Source of the DNA: Minisyncoccota bacterium
GTDB lineage: Bacteria; Patescibacteriota; Minisyncoccia; Phycocordibacterales; JAQTLZ01
Assembly: GCA_028711065.1 (NCBI GenBank)
Contig: JAQTSY010000002.1
Span: 8,263-72,262, forward strand
Reading direction: 5' to 3'
Length of the DNA stretch: 64,000 nucleotides
A program made the position numbers and the translations under genes. A model generated the notes under the pieces. That model saw only the letters and a program-made list of their open reading frames with translations. It was not told where the DNA came from and made no database searches. This document shows, piece after piece, positions 20,330-29,797 of this stretch; positions within the stretch are counted from its first letter, which is position 1, and every line of letters begins with the position of its first letter.

Positions 20330-20650
20330 ATGAATCCAACCACATCATCGCGCTTCTCTCCACTCGCAAAAACAGTTCTTGCGATTATTTGCATTGCTCT
20401 CGTCATCGCACTTGCCCTGTTTTTGCAAAATTATATTAAGAGACGCAGTTCGGGGGAGGTAATACAAATGCCTATACTGACGAAAGAACAACAGGCGCTT
20501 CTCAACGCAAGATTGAAAACTGTTCCTCCTCCTGTCTTAACCGCGAAACAGCAAGCGGAAATGACGCAAAAGATTAAGCAAGCCGAGATTCCTGCACTGA
20601 CTGAAGAGGAGAAAGCAGCCCTTGAAGAGAGGCTCCAGGCTGGGCAGTAG
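20330..20650 (+). CDS. small membrane-anchored protein with Q/A-rich repeats
   Basis: TM anchor VLAIICIALVIALALFL. Confidence 0.45.
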   Translation: MNPTTSSRFSPLAKTVLAIICIALVIALALFLQNYIKRRSSGEVIQMPILTKEQQALLNARLKTVPPPVLTAKQQAEMTQKIKQAEIPALTEEEKAALEERLQAGQ

Positions 20651-20731
20651 TTATTGCGTCAATGTCCGTGGTATTATAGATAAAATATTTCGATACAAGT
20701 TTCTTTTTTTATTAGATAAAAATTAAGACGT

Positions 20732-21436
20732 ATGATTACGAAAAAAGATTTTCTCCAGGTCGCAAAAATGTCTGCAGTAGCTCTTCTCCTCATCCTTGGA
20801 GCAGGAGCATTAGGCGCGGCAAATTGGGTCGGTCCAACTGGCGTTCCGACAAATGCCAATGTGAATGCTCCAGTGAATGTTGGATCCGGTACTCAGACAA
20901 TGGGATCTGCAGGAAATACCAAAATTCTCACGCTCTTCGGCTCCTTCCAGGCATCATCTGTGGGTGTGACTGGGAATATTGCTTCTCCGAGCTATTGTTT
21001 CGGGTCTACCGCGTCGCCGACGAATTGCATTAGCGCGTGGCCCTCTGGAGGTGCAGGCGGTGTTACTGACGTCACCGCATCCGCGCCTCTCGCAAGTTCT
21101 AGGGGGACGACGCCGAATATTTCTCTTACTGGAACCGTGCCGATTGCCGCAGGCTGCAAAATAGTTCAAGCCGCAAGCGGTGCTTACGCTGCTATGTGCA
21201 CCAGTCCTATGAAAGCAGTTGGAGGAGGAAGCAATTGTGATAATTCCACGACTCCTTCGGCAAGGCTGATCTTTAATGGCCCCATGTCACAATATACGGG
21301 CACTTTCAATAACGATGTATTTGAAGCTGGTCCGGGAACGTCGAGTTCTTTGCCAGCTGGTTGGGGTGGGTATTGTTACAACTCCAACAATGTGCCGTCT
21401 AGTCCGCTTTGGGCATGGGCTGTCTGTTGCCCGTAA
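20732..21436 (+). CDS. secreted Gly/Ser/Thr-rich hypothetical protein (upstream of pilus operon)
   Basis: Signal peptide MSAVALLLILGAGALGAA; C-terminal CC pair. Confidence 0.55.
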   Translation: MITKKDFLQVAKMSAVALLLILGAGALGAANWVGPTGVPTNANVNAPVNVGSGTQTMGSAGNTKILTLFGSFQASSVGVTGNIASPSYCFGSTASPTNCISAWPSGGAGGVTDVTASAPLASSRGTTPNISLTGTVPIAAGCKIVQAASGAYAAMCTSPMKAVGGGSNCDNSTTPSARLIFNGPMSQYTGTFNNDVFEAGPGTSSSLPAGWGGYCYNSNNVPSSPLWAWAVCCP

Positions 21437-21543
21437 AAGAACTCTATCGGATTTTTCCCCGAAAAACTTGTCCACTCTCGAGAGGGCAAGTTTTTTGTTA
21501 TACTAATACTAATCAAGGAACGAAGTGACTATGATTAGTTTAT

Positions 21544-21581
21544 CCAGCACTTATTTTGCAATATTCCAAAATAAGTGCTGG
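21544..21581. promoter_or_regulatory. Perfect 14-bp inverted repeat ccagcacttatttt-N10-aaaataagtgctgg just upstream of pilB -10 (tataat 21593-21598)
   Basis: Palindrome adjacent to promoter; operator-like. Confidence 0.35.
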
Positions 21582-21618
21582 ATGCAGATTTTTATAATCA
21601 CTTTGTTCATTAAAAATC

Positions 21619-23376
21619 ATGCACATTGATGAGAAACAACTGAAAGAATTTATCCTCGACTCCGGCCTCGTCTCTCGAGCTGATTTTGAAAAGGTGGAAG
21701 AAGAGGCAATAGCGCAGAAAATTCCCCTCAGCAAGGCGCTCATTAAGACCGGGAAGCTGAACGACGATGACTGGAGAAGAGTCCAGGCCTATATGATGGG
21801 TATTCCTTTTGTCGAGCTCAAAGGCCTCAAAATTGAGAGCTCGGTGCTTTCTCTCATTCCGGAACCGATTGCTCGAAATCACAACATCCTTGCGTTTGAA
21901 AAAAATGGCGACTCGCTCCAGGTGGCGATGCTTGACACCGATGACCTTCCTGTCATTGACTTCATTAAAAAGAAGCTTGGACTTAAAATTTTGCCTCGCC
22001 TGACCGACGTGGAGAGTATGAAATCCGCGCTTCTTCAATATCAAAAAAGTCTGAAGGCGGAATTCGGCGATATTATCCAAAAAGAGGCGGAAACCATTCA
22101 GACCTACGCGTCTTCTGATGATAAAGGCGCTGGCGCGACTGAAAGCGATTTGAAAAAGATGGCGGAAGATTTGCCGATTGTGAGGATTGTGGAGACACTT
22201 CTCAAACACGCCATTATTCAAAACGCATCTGATATTCATATCGAGCCACTCGAGACAGAAGTTCTGGTGCGTTATCGGATTGATGGAATTCTCCACGACG
22301 CGATGGTGCTTCCCCGAAATGCCGCGCTTGGCATTGTTGCTCGAATCAAAGTGCTTTCCAATTTGAAACTCGACGAGAAAAGATTGCCACAGGACGGGAG
22401 ATTTAAGGTAGAGGCGAACGCCGAGAAAGTTTCTTTTCGTGTATCAGTTCTTCCGACGTATTTCGGCGAGAAGATCGTGATGAGACTTTTGAAAGAAGGA
22501 AAGTCCGGCTTTACTCTTGAGCGGCTCGGATTTCACGGAGAAAGTCTTGAAAGAATTCATATAGGCACTAAACAGCGCACAGGAATGATTCTTTGCGCGG
22601 GTCCGACCGGTTCAGGAAAGACGACAACGCTCTATACGGTGCTCGATATACTAAACACGCCTTTGGTGAATATTTCTACTATCGAAGACCCGATCGAATA
22701 TCAGATGCCTCGAGTGAATCAGACACAAGTGAAACCGGAGATTGGCTTTAGTTTTGCAAATGGACTCCGCTCTCTGCTTCGCCAAGATCCGGACATCGTG
22801 ATGGTGGGAGAGATCCGCGATAATGAAACTGCCTCGCTCGCGATCAACGCCTCTCTTACGGGGCATTTGGTTCTTTCAACACTGCACACCAACTCCGCCG
22901 CTGGCGCTATCCCGCGTCTTATTGATATGCAATGCGAGCCGTTTCTTCTTGTTTCGACGGTTAATATTATTATAGGGCAGAGGCTTATTCGAAAACTTTC
23001 TGATACAAAAGATAAATACTTTTTGAGCAAGGCTCAATTTGCCGATATCTCTAAAGTGGTAGACATGAACCACGTCCTCGATATTTTGAAAGAAGAAAAG
23101 ATTGTCGAAAAAAACGCGACTTGGGACAAGATCCCTTTTTTCAAAGCAAAACCTTCCAATGAATCCGAAGACGGCTACCACGGGCGAATCGGCATTCACG
23201 AAGTGCTTAAAATTTCCTCTCCGATCAAGGAGCTTGTCATGAAGAGAGCTTCCGCCAAAGAAATCGAAGATCAGGCGAAAAAAGAGGGTATGCTTACGAT
23301 GATAGAAGATGGTATTTTTAAAGCAGTAGAAGGGGTCACTACGATTGAAGAAGTATTGCGAGTGGTATCAGAATAA
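21619..23376 (+). CDS. pilB: type IV pilus assembly ATPase PilB/GspE family
   Basis: N-terminal GspE_N domain, Walker A GPTGSGKTTTLY, Asp/His boxes, tetracysteine-less CPR-type. Confidence 0.93.
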   Translation: MHIDEKQLKEFILDSGLVSRADFEKVEEEAIAQKIPLSKALIKTGKLNDDDWRRVQAYMMGIPFVELKGLKIESSVLSLIPEPIARNHNILAFEKNGDSLQVAMLDTDDLPVIDFIKKKLGLKILPRLTDVESMKSALLQYQKSLKAEFGDIIQKEAETIQTYASSDDKGAGATESDLKKMAEDLPIVRIVETLLKHAIIQNASDIHIEPLETEVLVRYRIDGILHDAMVLPRNAALGIVARIKVLSNLKLDEKRLPQDGRFKVEANAEKVSFRVSVLPTYFGEKIVMRLLKEGKSGFTLERLGFHGESLERIHIGTKQRTGMILCAGPTGSGKTTTLYTVLDILNTPLVNISTIEDPIEYQMPRVNQTQVKPEIGFSFANGLRSLLRQDPDIVMVGEIRDNETASLAINASLTGHLVLSTLHTNSAAGAIPRLIDMQCEPFLLVSTVNIIIGQRLIRKLSDTKDKYFLSKAQFADISKVVDMNHVLDILKEEKIVEKNATWDKIPFFKAKPSNESEDGYHGRIGIHEVLKISSPIKELVMKRASAKEIEDQAKKEGMLTMIEDGIFKAVEGVTTIEEVLRVVSE

Positions 23377-23386
23377 TTTTTTTATA

Positions 23387-24616
23387 ATGCCAAACTTTCG
23401 TTACAAAGCACAAAAATCAACCGGAGAAATGTATGAAGGAGAGCGCGAAGCGGCGGATAAGTTTGCTCTCTACCGAGAACTTAAGAAGGAGGGCGAAACT
23501 GTTTTCTCTGCGAAAGTCCTCGATCAGAAGCGTGGGAAACTTTCTCGATCCGTTTCTCAAGTTTCAAGTTCATTTGGGTCAGTCAGTGCTCATGAGCAGA
23601 TCATGCTCGCCCGAAACTTGGGCTCGATGATGAAGGGTGGGCTCCCGCTTTCCCGTGCGCTTGACGTTATTTCTCGCCAATCGAAAAATAAAAAATTAAA
23701 AAGTGTATTGGAAAGCATCCGCACCGATATCAGCTCTGGGATGAGCCTCAGCGAGGGAATGAAGAAATTCCCCAAAGTATTTTCTCCTGTATTTGTGTAT
23801 ATGACCAAAGCTGGAGAAGAGAGCGGAAATTTAGATGAATCGCTCAAAGTAGTCGCTAATCAAATCGAGAGAGTGTATCTTCTTCAGAAAAAAATAAAAG
23901 GAGCGATGATGTACCCGGGCATTATTGTCTGCGTGATGATCATTATTGCGGTTCTCATGTTTATCTTCGTCGTACCAACGCTTGCAAGCACTTTTAAAGA
24001 TCTTGGAGGAGAATTGCCGTTCTCGACAAAAATAATTATCGGAATGAGCGATATTCTCGTCAACCACTTCTTCCTCGCCCTCGGTTCGGCTGTCGGATTC
24101 ATTATTCTGCTCGTTTCATTTTTGAAGACGAAAAAAGGAAAACGTACTATGGATTTCCTCTTTCTCCATATTCCGCTTATCGCGGGAATAACCCGAGAAG
24201 TAAATTCCGCAAAAACTACCCGCACTCTTTCTTCGCTTCTCTCGGCAGGAGTAGAGGTAGTGACCGCCATCACTATCACTGGAGACGTCATCCAAAATTC
24301 ATATTACAAAGTAGCTCTTAAGGCGGCTGAGATAAAAATACAGAAAGGGGAAAACATCTCGAGTACTTTCGCCGGCCAGGAAAAACTTTTTCCCGTATTT
24401 GTTGGAGAGATGATTTCTGTCGGCGAAGAGACGGGTAAGCTCTCAGGGATGCTCCTTGAAGTCGCAGTATTTTATGAGGATGATGTTGATCAAAAAACAA
24501 AAGATATGTCTACGGTCATTGAACCGTTTCTTATGGTGACCGTCGGAGTTGCTGTGGGATTCTTTGCTATTTCTATCCTGTCCCCAATCTATTCTTTGGT
24601 TAGCCATATTTCATGA
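23387..24616 (+). CDS. pilC: type IV pilus platform protein PilC/GspF family
   Basis: Two GspF repeats, 3 TM segments. Start at ATG 23387 just after pilB stop. Confidence 0.9.
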   Translation: MPNFRYKAQKSTGEMYEGEREAADKFALYRELKKEGETVFSAKVLDQKRGKLSRSVSQVSSSFGSVSAHEQIMLARNLGSMMKGGLPLSRALDVISRQSKNKKLKSVLESIRTDISSGMSLSEGMKKFPKVFSPVFVYMTKAGEESGNLDESLKVVANQIERVYLLQKKIKGAMMYPGIIVCVMIIIAVLMFIFVVPTLASTFKDLGGELPFSTKIIIGMSDILVNHFFLALGSAVGFIILLVSFLKTKKGKRTMDFLFLHIPLIAGITREVNSAKTTRTLSSLLSAGVEVVTAITITGDVIQNSYYKVALKAAEIKIQKGENISSTFAGQEKLFPVFVGEMISVGEETGKLSGMLLEVAVFYEDDVDQKTKDMSTVIEPFLMVTVGVAVGFFAISILSPIYSLVSHIS

Positions 24617-25098
24617 TGAACTCTTTCAAGAAAAGCACATATCATTTTCGAGAAGGATTCTCGGCACTCGAGCTTCTAGCTGTTATTGCGATATTGGGAA
24701 TTATCGTCACTCTCACCTATACCTCGTTTGCTTCTCTCCGACGGGGTAAAAATCTCGATACAGAAACGCTTTCTGTTTTGTCACTTCTTGAAAAAGCTCG
24801 CGCTGATACATTGGGTGCAAAGGGAGCTTCGCAATACGGCGTACATTTTGAGACAACAAAGGCAGTATTTTTCTCTGGTGGGACGTACGTCTCTGGGAAT
24901 GCTTCGAATATCACAATGATTTTGAATCCTCTCATACAGATAAGTTCCATCAATCTCACTGGAGGTGGAGCCGAAGTTATTTTTGACAGGCTTTCTGGAA
25001 AGACAGAAGAGGCTGGGACGCTTACCCTTTCTCTTGTGTCTGCCTCTTCTTCAAAAACGATAGCAATAGGAGCGACTGGTCTTCCGGAGATACAATGA
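24613..25098 (+). CDS. prepilin-type pseudopilin (class III signal G|FSALELLAVIAILGII)
   Basis: N-terminal prepilin cleavage/methylation motif followed by hydrophobic helix. Confidence 0.75.
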   Translation: MMNSFKKSTYHFREGFSALELLAVIAILGIIVTLTYTSFASLRRGKNLDTETLSVLSLLEKARADTLGAKGASQYGVHFETTKAVFFSGGTYVSGNASNITMILNPLIQISSINLTGGGAEVIFDRLSGKTEEAGTLTLSLVSASSSKTIAIGATGLPEIQ

Positions 25099-25105
25099 TT
25101 TTTGT

Positions 25106-25588
25106 ATGAACTATCGCGCAATCAAAAAAGGAATAACAGTCGTGGAGGTTCTTGTTGGGGCGAGTATCTTCTTAGTTGTCCTTTTGGGACTTTCTACTGC
25201 TTTGAATCTTATTATAAGAGCTTCACTTCAGAATACCGCAAAAATCCAAGGAACTTTCTTGGCGGAAGAAGGTCTTGAAGCTGTCCGAGTACTGCGCGAT
25301 CAGGGATGGAATGCAAACATACAGTCGCTTCTTTCAGGTACTGATTATTATCTCACTTTTAACGGGAGCACTTTTCAATCTACTACCACCCCTCTTTCTG
25401 TAGAGAGCACCTTCCTCCGAACATTCCGACTTTCCGATGTCTATCGAAACGCTTCGCAAGATATAGCGGGAAGCGGCACTCTTGATCCCAAGACAAAGCT
25501 CATCACTGTTTCGGTATCTTGGAATGATCATGGTGCTACAAGTACACAATCGATTTCGACCTATCTGACCAATATTTTTAATAATTGA
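25106..25588 (+). CDS. prepilin-type pseudopilin (KKG|ITVVEVLVGASIFLVVL)
   Basis: Prepilin-like N-terminus with Glu at +5. Confidence 0.7.
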   Translation: MNYRAIKKGITVVEVLVGASIFLVVLLGLSTALNLIIRASLQNTAKIQGTFLAEEGLEAVRVLRDQGWNANIQSLLSGTDYYLTFNGSTFQSTTTPLSVESTFLRTFRLSDVYRNASQDIAGSGTLDPKTKLITVSVSWNDHGATSTQSISTYLTNIFNN

Positions 25589-26151
25589 AGCCAATGTTAC
25601 TTTCTTTTTTCCAGAACAAAAGAATATATTGCGGAGCCACTCGAAAAAGAGGAACCACTCTGGTCGAGGCTCTTATCTACATTTTTATTCTAGTTCTTCT
25701 CCTTCTTGTTATTGTGGATGCACTTGTTTCCTTCTCCCATTCCTTCAACATGCTTCAATCCGGTCGCGATGTTGAAAATTCCGCGATCGCCTCATTTGAA
25801 CGTATCACTCGAGAAATTCGTGATGCAAAAAGTATCGATGTCGCGCAGAGTTCTTTCGGTTCCTCTCCTGGACAACTTTTTCTCAACACCACAGATGCGA
25901 ACGGAAATACCGAGACGATCCAATTCTATCTTGTCGGCCAAGCTCTTCACGTAAAAGAAAATGGCACGGATGAAGGGGCATTAACTCGTTCTTCTGTTCG
26001 AGTCACTAGTCTTATCTTCCAGCACATTTCCACGTCTCTCTCGGAAGCGGTGAAGATTTCGATGACGATCGAAAGCGGGAGCGCTACGAGTTATAAGTCG
26101 GCCTCTTTCTATGACAGCGCTACGCTTCGGGGCTCGTATCCACTTCAATAA
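25585..26151 (+). CDS. prepilin-type pseudopilin (KRG|TTLVEALIYIFILVLL)
   Basis: Prepilin-like N-terminus with Glu at +5; ATGA overlap with upstream gene. Confidence 0.7.
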   Translation: MKPMLLSFFQNKRIYCGATRKRGTTLVEALIYIFILVLLLLVIVDALVSFSHSFNMLQSGRDVENSAIASFERITREIRDAKSIDVAQSSFGSSPGQLFLNTTDANGNTETIQFYLVGQALHVKENGTDEGALTRSSVRVTSLIFQHISTSLSEAVKISMTIESGSATSYKSASFYDSATLRGSYPLQ

Positions 26152-26155
26152 TTCT

Positions 26156-27484
26156 ATGAATTGTAAGGACTACAAAAAACTTTCGAGAAAAAAAGGGCAA
26201 GCGGTTATGATTGCTGTCGTATTCTTTATGCTTATCGCCGTAGTCATTGTCCTTGGTGTGACCGCTCCCGTCATCCGACAAATACAAATTGTTCGCGGAT
26301 TACAGCTTTCCCGCCAAAGTTATTTTGCGGCAGAAGCAGGAAGTGAAGATGCGTATTACAGGATTAAGAATAATCTTTCCACCTCATTTCCGGAGACGAT
26401 GACTATCGGAGAAGCAACAGCCAATATAACACTTGCGACGACGGGGGTGAATGAAGAGGAAATTACCTCTGTAGGAGACGCGTCGAATTATATTCGTAAA
26501 GTATTGAAAGATATAACAGTTACGAACGGTTTCTCTTTTAATTTCGGCGTTCAAACAGGCGTGGGGGGTCTTTACATGAAAAACAATTCAGTCGTTTTGG
26601 GAAATGTGTATTCAAACGGCATTATCAAAGGATTTAGTAATAATGTTATTGCAGGTTCTGCGGTAGCGGCGGGTGCTTCTGGATCTATAACCGATGTGCA
26701 TGCGACATCGAGTGTTTACTCTCATTCAATTGATCAGACCACTGTCGGAGGAGATGCCTATTATGCAGCAACTTCCACCCTGACGAATTCGACTGTCACA
26801 GGAGTGAAGCATCCAGGGAGCCCTGATCAACCCACGATCGCTTTTCCAATCAGTGACAGTCTTGTGAGTCAGTGGGAAAGCGATGCGGCTTCTGGCGGCA
26901 CCGTGAGCTGTACAAATGGGAGTTACACCATTACCTCAAGTGTGACTATTGGACCTAAAAAAATTCCTTGTAATTTGACAATAAGTGGCAATAACATAAC
27001 TGTCACTGTCACAGGGGCGCTGTGGGTTGTGGGGAATATCACAGTGAGCGGAAGCGGAGGAACTGGCGTACAAATGAAAGTCGCTGATTCAGTAGGGGAC
27101 AAGAGTGTTCCTATTATTGCCGAGGATTCTTCCAATCCGACAACGTCTGGGCAGATTTCAACTGATGGTAATTCAAATTTCTATGGCTCTACAGGAAATG
27201 CTGATTCATTTGTAATGTTTATTTCAATGAACAAAAGCTCTGAACAAGGAGGGAGTAATTTGGCTATTAATGTCATCAATGGCGCTGCGGGAAATCTTCT
27301 TATCTTTGCGCCTCATGGCGAAATCGAGCTCCAGAATAATGTTGTGCTTCGCGAAGTGACTGCTTATAAGCTCACCCTCATCAACAATACCGAAGTTATT
27401 TATTCTATCGGTCTTGCGCAATCGCTCTTTACCTCTGGTCCTGGGGGGACTTGGAAGATTAAAAAGTGGAGGGAGAGTTTCTAG
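26156..27484 (+). CDS. large minor pilin, PilX-like N-terminal segment (KKGQAVMIAVVFFMLIAVVIVLGV)
   Basis: PilX_N-like hydrophobic N-terminus, then long Gly/Ser/Thr/Asn-rich beta-rich domain. Confidence 0.6.
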   Translation: MNCKDYKKLSRKKGQAVMIAVVFFMLIAVVIVLGVTAPVIRQIQIVRGLQLSRQSYFAAEAGSEDAYYRIKNNLSTSFPETMTIGEATANITLATTGVNEEEITSVGDASNYIRKVLKDITVTNGFSFNFGVQTGVGGLYMKNNSVVLGNVYSNGIIKGFSNNVIAGSAVAAGASGSITDVHATSSVYSHSIDQTTVGGDAYYAATSTLTNSTVTGVKHPGSPDQPTIAFPISDSLVSQWESDAASGGTVSCTNGSYTITSSVTIGPKKIPCNLTISGNNITVTVTGALWVVGNITVSGSGGTGVQMKVADSVGDKSVPIIAEDSSNPTTSGQISTDGNSNFYGSTGNADSFVMFISMNKSSEQGGSNLAINVINGAAGNLLIFAPHGEIELQNNVVLREVTAYKLTLINNTEVIYSIGLAQSLFTSGPGGTWKIKKWRESF

Positions 27485-27513
27485 AAACGCCAGAAATTGT
27501 TTTTGAGACAGCA

Positions 27514-27540
27514 GAAAAAGCCCCCAGCGGGGCTTTTTCC
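27514..27540 (+). terminator. Hairpin aaaaagccccc-agc-gggggcttttt after pilus operon
   Basis: Perfect stem with A/T flanks. Confidence 0.65.
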
Positions 27541-27729
27541 TCATCCTCGGCCAAGCACTCCTTACAGGAGCTGTACACCTTTTGGATTTTCTTTCAGAAA
27601 ATCTCAAAAGGTCTTGCGGAGCGGGTTCCTGCCCGCTCCTCACTCGCCTCCGGACTGCCTCAAAAAGAATTTCTCTCGTTTCTAGTGGTTGTATGGGTAA
27701 AAAGTGGCGGAAATGCTACAATAGTTAAC

Positions 27730-28491
27730 ATGAAAAAAATTGTTATCGGGAACTGGAAAATGAACCCAGCTACTCTACTGGAAGCACGAAAGATTTTTTC
27801 AAAGGTAAAAAAGACCGCTTCGAGCTGTAAGAAAGTGCATACCGTTATTTGTCCCCCCTTTCTTTATCTCTCCGATCTAGCTTCAAAATCTTCGAAAGAG
27901 TCTCTAGCTCTCGGGGCGCAGGATACATCTTCTCTTGAATCTGTAGGTTCTTATACCGGCTTTCTTTCTCCTCTTATGGTTAAAAATATAGGAGCACAGT
28001 ACGTCATTATCGGTCATTCTGAACGCAGGCGGGAGGGCGAAACGGACGAAATGATTAATAAGAAGATACTCGCAAGCTTAAGCATCGGGCTTAAAGTGAT
28101 TTTCTGCGTGGGAGAGAAAGAGAGGGGACACGACGGACATTTTCTCGAATTTGTGAAGCAGCAGATCCATTTGGGACTTCAGGGAGTTTCTAAAAAATCT
28201 CTTCAGAATGTCCTCATTGCATATGAGCCCGTGTGGGCGATTGGAGCGGAAAATGCAATTTTGCCCCGAGACCTGCATCAGATGAAAATTTATATTCGGA
28301 AAGTGCTATCGGAATTTTTCGGTCCGAGCGCTGTCGTCAAAGTTCCCGTCATTTACGGAGGCACAGTCAATCCTGAAAATGTGGAGCTCCTTCTTCTCGC
28401 GGGAGAAGTGGATGGGTTTTTGGTAGGACGAGCGTCTCTCAATCCGAAAGATTTCAGCGCTATCTTAGAAGTTGCTAATGCGTCAAAATAA
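27730..28491 (+). CDS. tpiA: triosephosphate isomerase
   Basis: MKKIVIGNWKMN...IGHSERR...AYEPVWAIG...GGTV...LVGRASL canonical TIM motifs. The ORF-track N-terminal extension is rejected. Confidence 0.92.
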   Translation: MKKIVIGNWKMNPATLLEARKIFSKVKKTASSCKKVHTVICPPFLYLSDLASKSSKESLALGAQDTSSLESVGSYTGFLSPLMVKNIGAQYVIIGHSERRREGETDEMINKKILASLSIGLKVIFCVGEKERGHDGHFLEFVKQQIHLGLQGVSKKSLQNVLIAYEPVWAIGAENAILPRDLHQMKIYIRKVLSEFFGPSAVVKVPVIYGGTVNPENVELLLLAGEVDGFLVGRASLNPKDFSAILEVANASK

Positions 28492-28494
28492 TTA

Positions 28495-29613
28495 ATGAAG
28501 CCAATTAAGGATGCAGAAAAACTAAAAGGGAAAAGAGTACTGGTGCGATGCGACTTCAATGTTCCTGTTTCTGGAAAAACTATCACCGACGATTATCGGA
28601 TTCAAAGAACGTTACCGCTTCTTTCGTATCTCCAAAAAGAGGGTGCCAAGACGACTCTTGTGAGCCACATTGAAAGCGAGGAGAAGACTCTCATGCCGGT
28701 GTTTGCATATTTGAAGAAGACGTTTTCAATGTCTTTTGTCCATGATATCTATGATCAATCAACGAAAGAAATTTACGGCAATCTGCCAGAGGGAGATTTT
28801 CTCATGTTGGAGAATGTGAGACGGTACGAAGGAGAGATGTCTAACGATGAAAAATTCGCTAATGACCTTTCAAAATTTGGAGAGATCTATGTGAACGAAG
28901 CATTTTCCGCTTCTCATCGCGCTCACGCATCTATCGTCGGAGTGCCGAAATATATTCCAGGATTTGCCGGGTTGCTTTTTGATGAGGAAGTAAAGAATCT
29001 GTCAAAAGCTTTCAATCCTCCGCACCCATTTCTTTTTATTCTTGCTGGAGCAAAATTTTCGACCAAATTGCCGCTTGTAGAAAAATTCTTGAAATTGGCG
29101 GACACTGTTTTTATCGGCGGAGCGCTTGCCAACGATCTTTTCAAGGCGGAGGGCTATGAGACGGGAAAATCTCTCGTTTCAGAAGAAAAAATTGATTTTT
29201 CTTCAATTCTCAAAAATCCCAAACTTATTTTGCCGGAGGACGTAACGGTAGAAAATGCCGGAAAGATCTCTGTGGAGACGCCAGACGTGGTTTCAAAGGA
29301 AGACAAGATGACTGACGCCGGGCCGAAGACTGATGAGGTGTTGGAAAAGAAAATCAAAGAAGCGAAGTTCATTCTTTGGAATGGACCGCTTGGACAGTAT
29401 GAAAAAGGATTTAAAGAACCGACCTTTGTTCTTGCGAAAGCAATTGCTGAAAGCGGAGTCGAAGCAATTGTCGGCGGGGGAGATACACTCGCCACTATTC
29501 GCGAACTTAATCTTTTTGAAAAATTTTCATTCGTATCAACTGGAGGCGGAGCGATGCTTGAGTTTTTGGCAAATGAGACTTTGCCGGGTATCGAGGCTCT
29601 GAAAAAAGCCTGA
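28495..29613 (+). CDS. pgk: phosphoglycerate kinase
   Basis: VRCDFNVP N-terminal motif, hinge and C-terminal GGGAMLEFL nucleotide-binding motif. Confidence 0.93.
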   Translation: MKPIKDAEKLKGKRVLVRCDFNVPVSGKTITDDYRIQRTLPLLSYLQKEGAKTTLVSHIESEEKTLMPVFAYLKKTFSMSFVHDIYDQSTKEIYGNLPEGDFLMLENVRRYEGEMSNDEKFANDLSKFGEIYVNEAFSASHRAHASIVGVPKYIPGFAGLLFDEEVKNLSKAFNPPHPFLFILAGAKFSTKLPLVEKFLKLADTVFIGGALANDLFKAEGYETGKSLVSEEKIDFSSILKNPKLILPEDVTVENAGKISVETPDVVSKEDKMTDAGPKTDEVLEKKIKEAKFILWNGPLGQYEKGFKEPTFVLAKAIAESGVEAIVGGGDTLATIRELNLFEKFSFVSTGGGAMLEFLANETLPGIEALKKA

Positions 29614-29642
29614 AATTTCAATATTTTTTCTCTTTGCAAAAG

Positions 29643-29651
29643 TTATCCACA
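29643..29651. promoter_or_regulatory. DnaA-box-identical site TTATCCACA (10-mer gTTATCCACA) upstream of secreted-protein gene 29798
   Basis: Exact 9-mer in the 5' region. Confidence 0.45.
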
Positions 29652-29797
29652 TTTGGCCTCTTTTCCCGAATGAAATCGGGGAGTACTATAGACACTAAGA
29701 GAGAGGCACGTTCTCGTGAGTAATCGTAAAAACGATTCCTTCCGAAAGCGTGCCTTTTGCATTATTAGAAAATTATTAATTTTATAAGCAAACACAA

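Noticed and set aside
21610-22296. 228-aa minus-strand ORF antisense to pilB
   Set aside because: Overlaps the conserved PilB coding sequence; antisense artefact.
27466-27729. N-terminal 88-aa extension of the tpiA ORF in the track
   Set aside because: Conserved TIM N-terminus MKKIVIGNWKMN begins at 27730; the extension spans the upstream terminator and a GC-rich leader.
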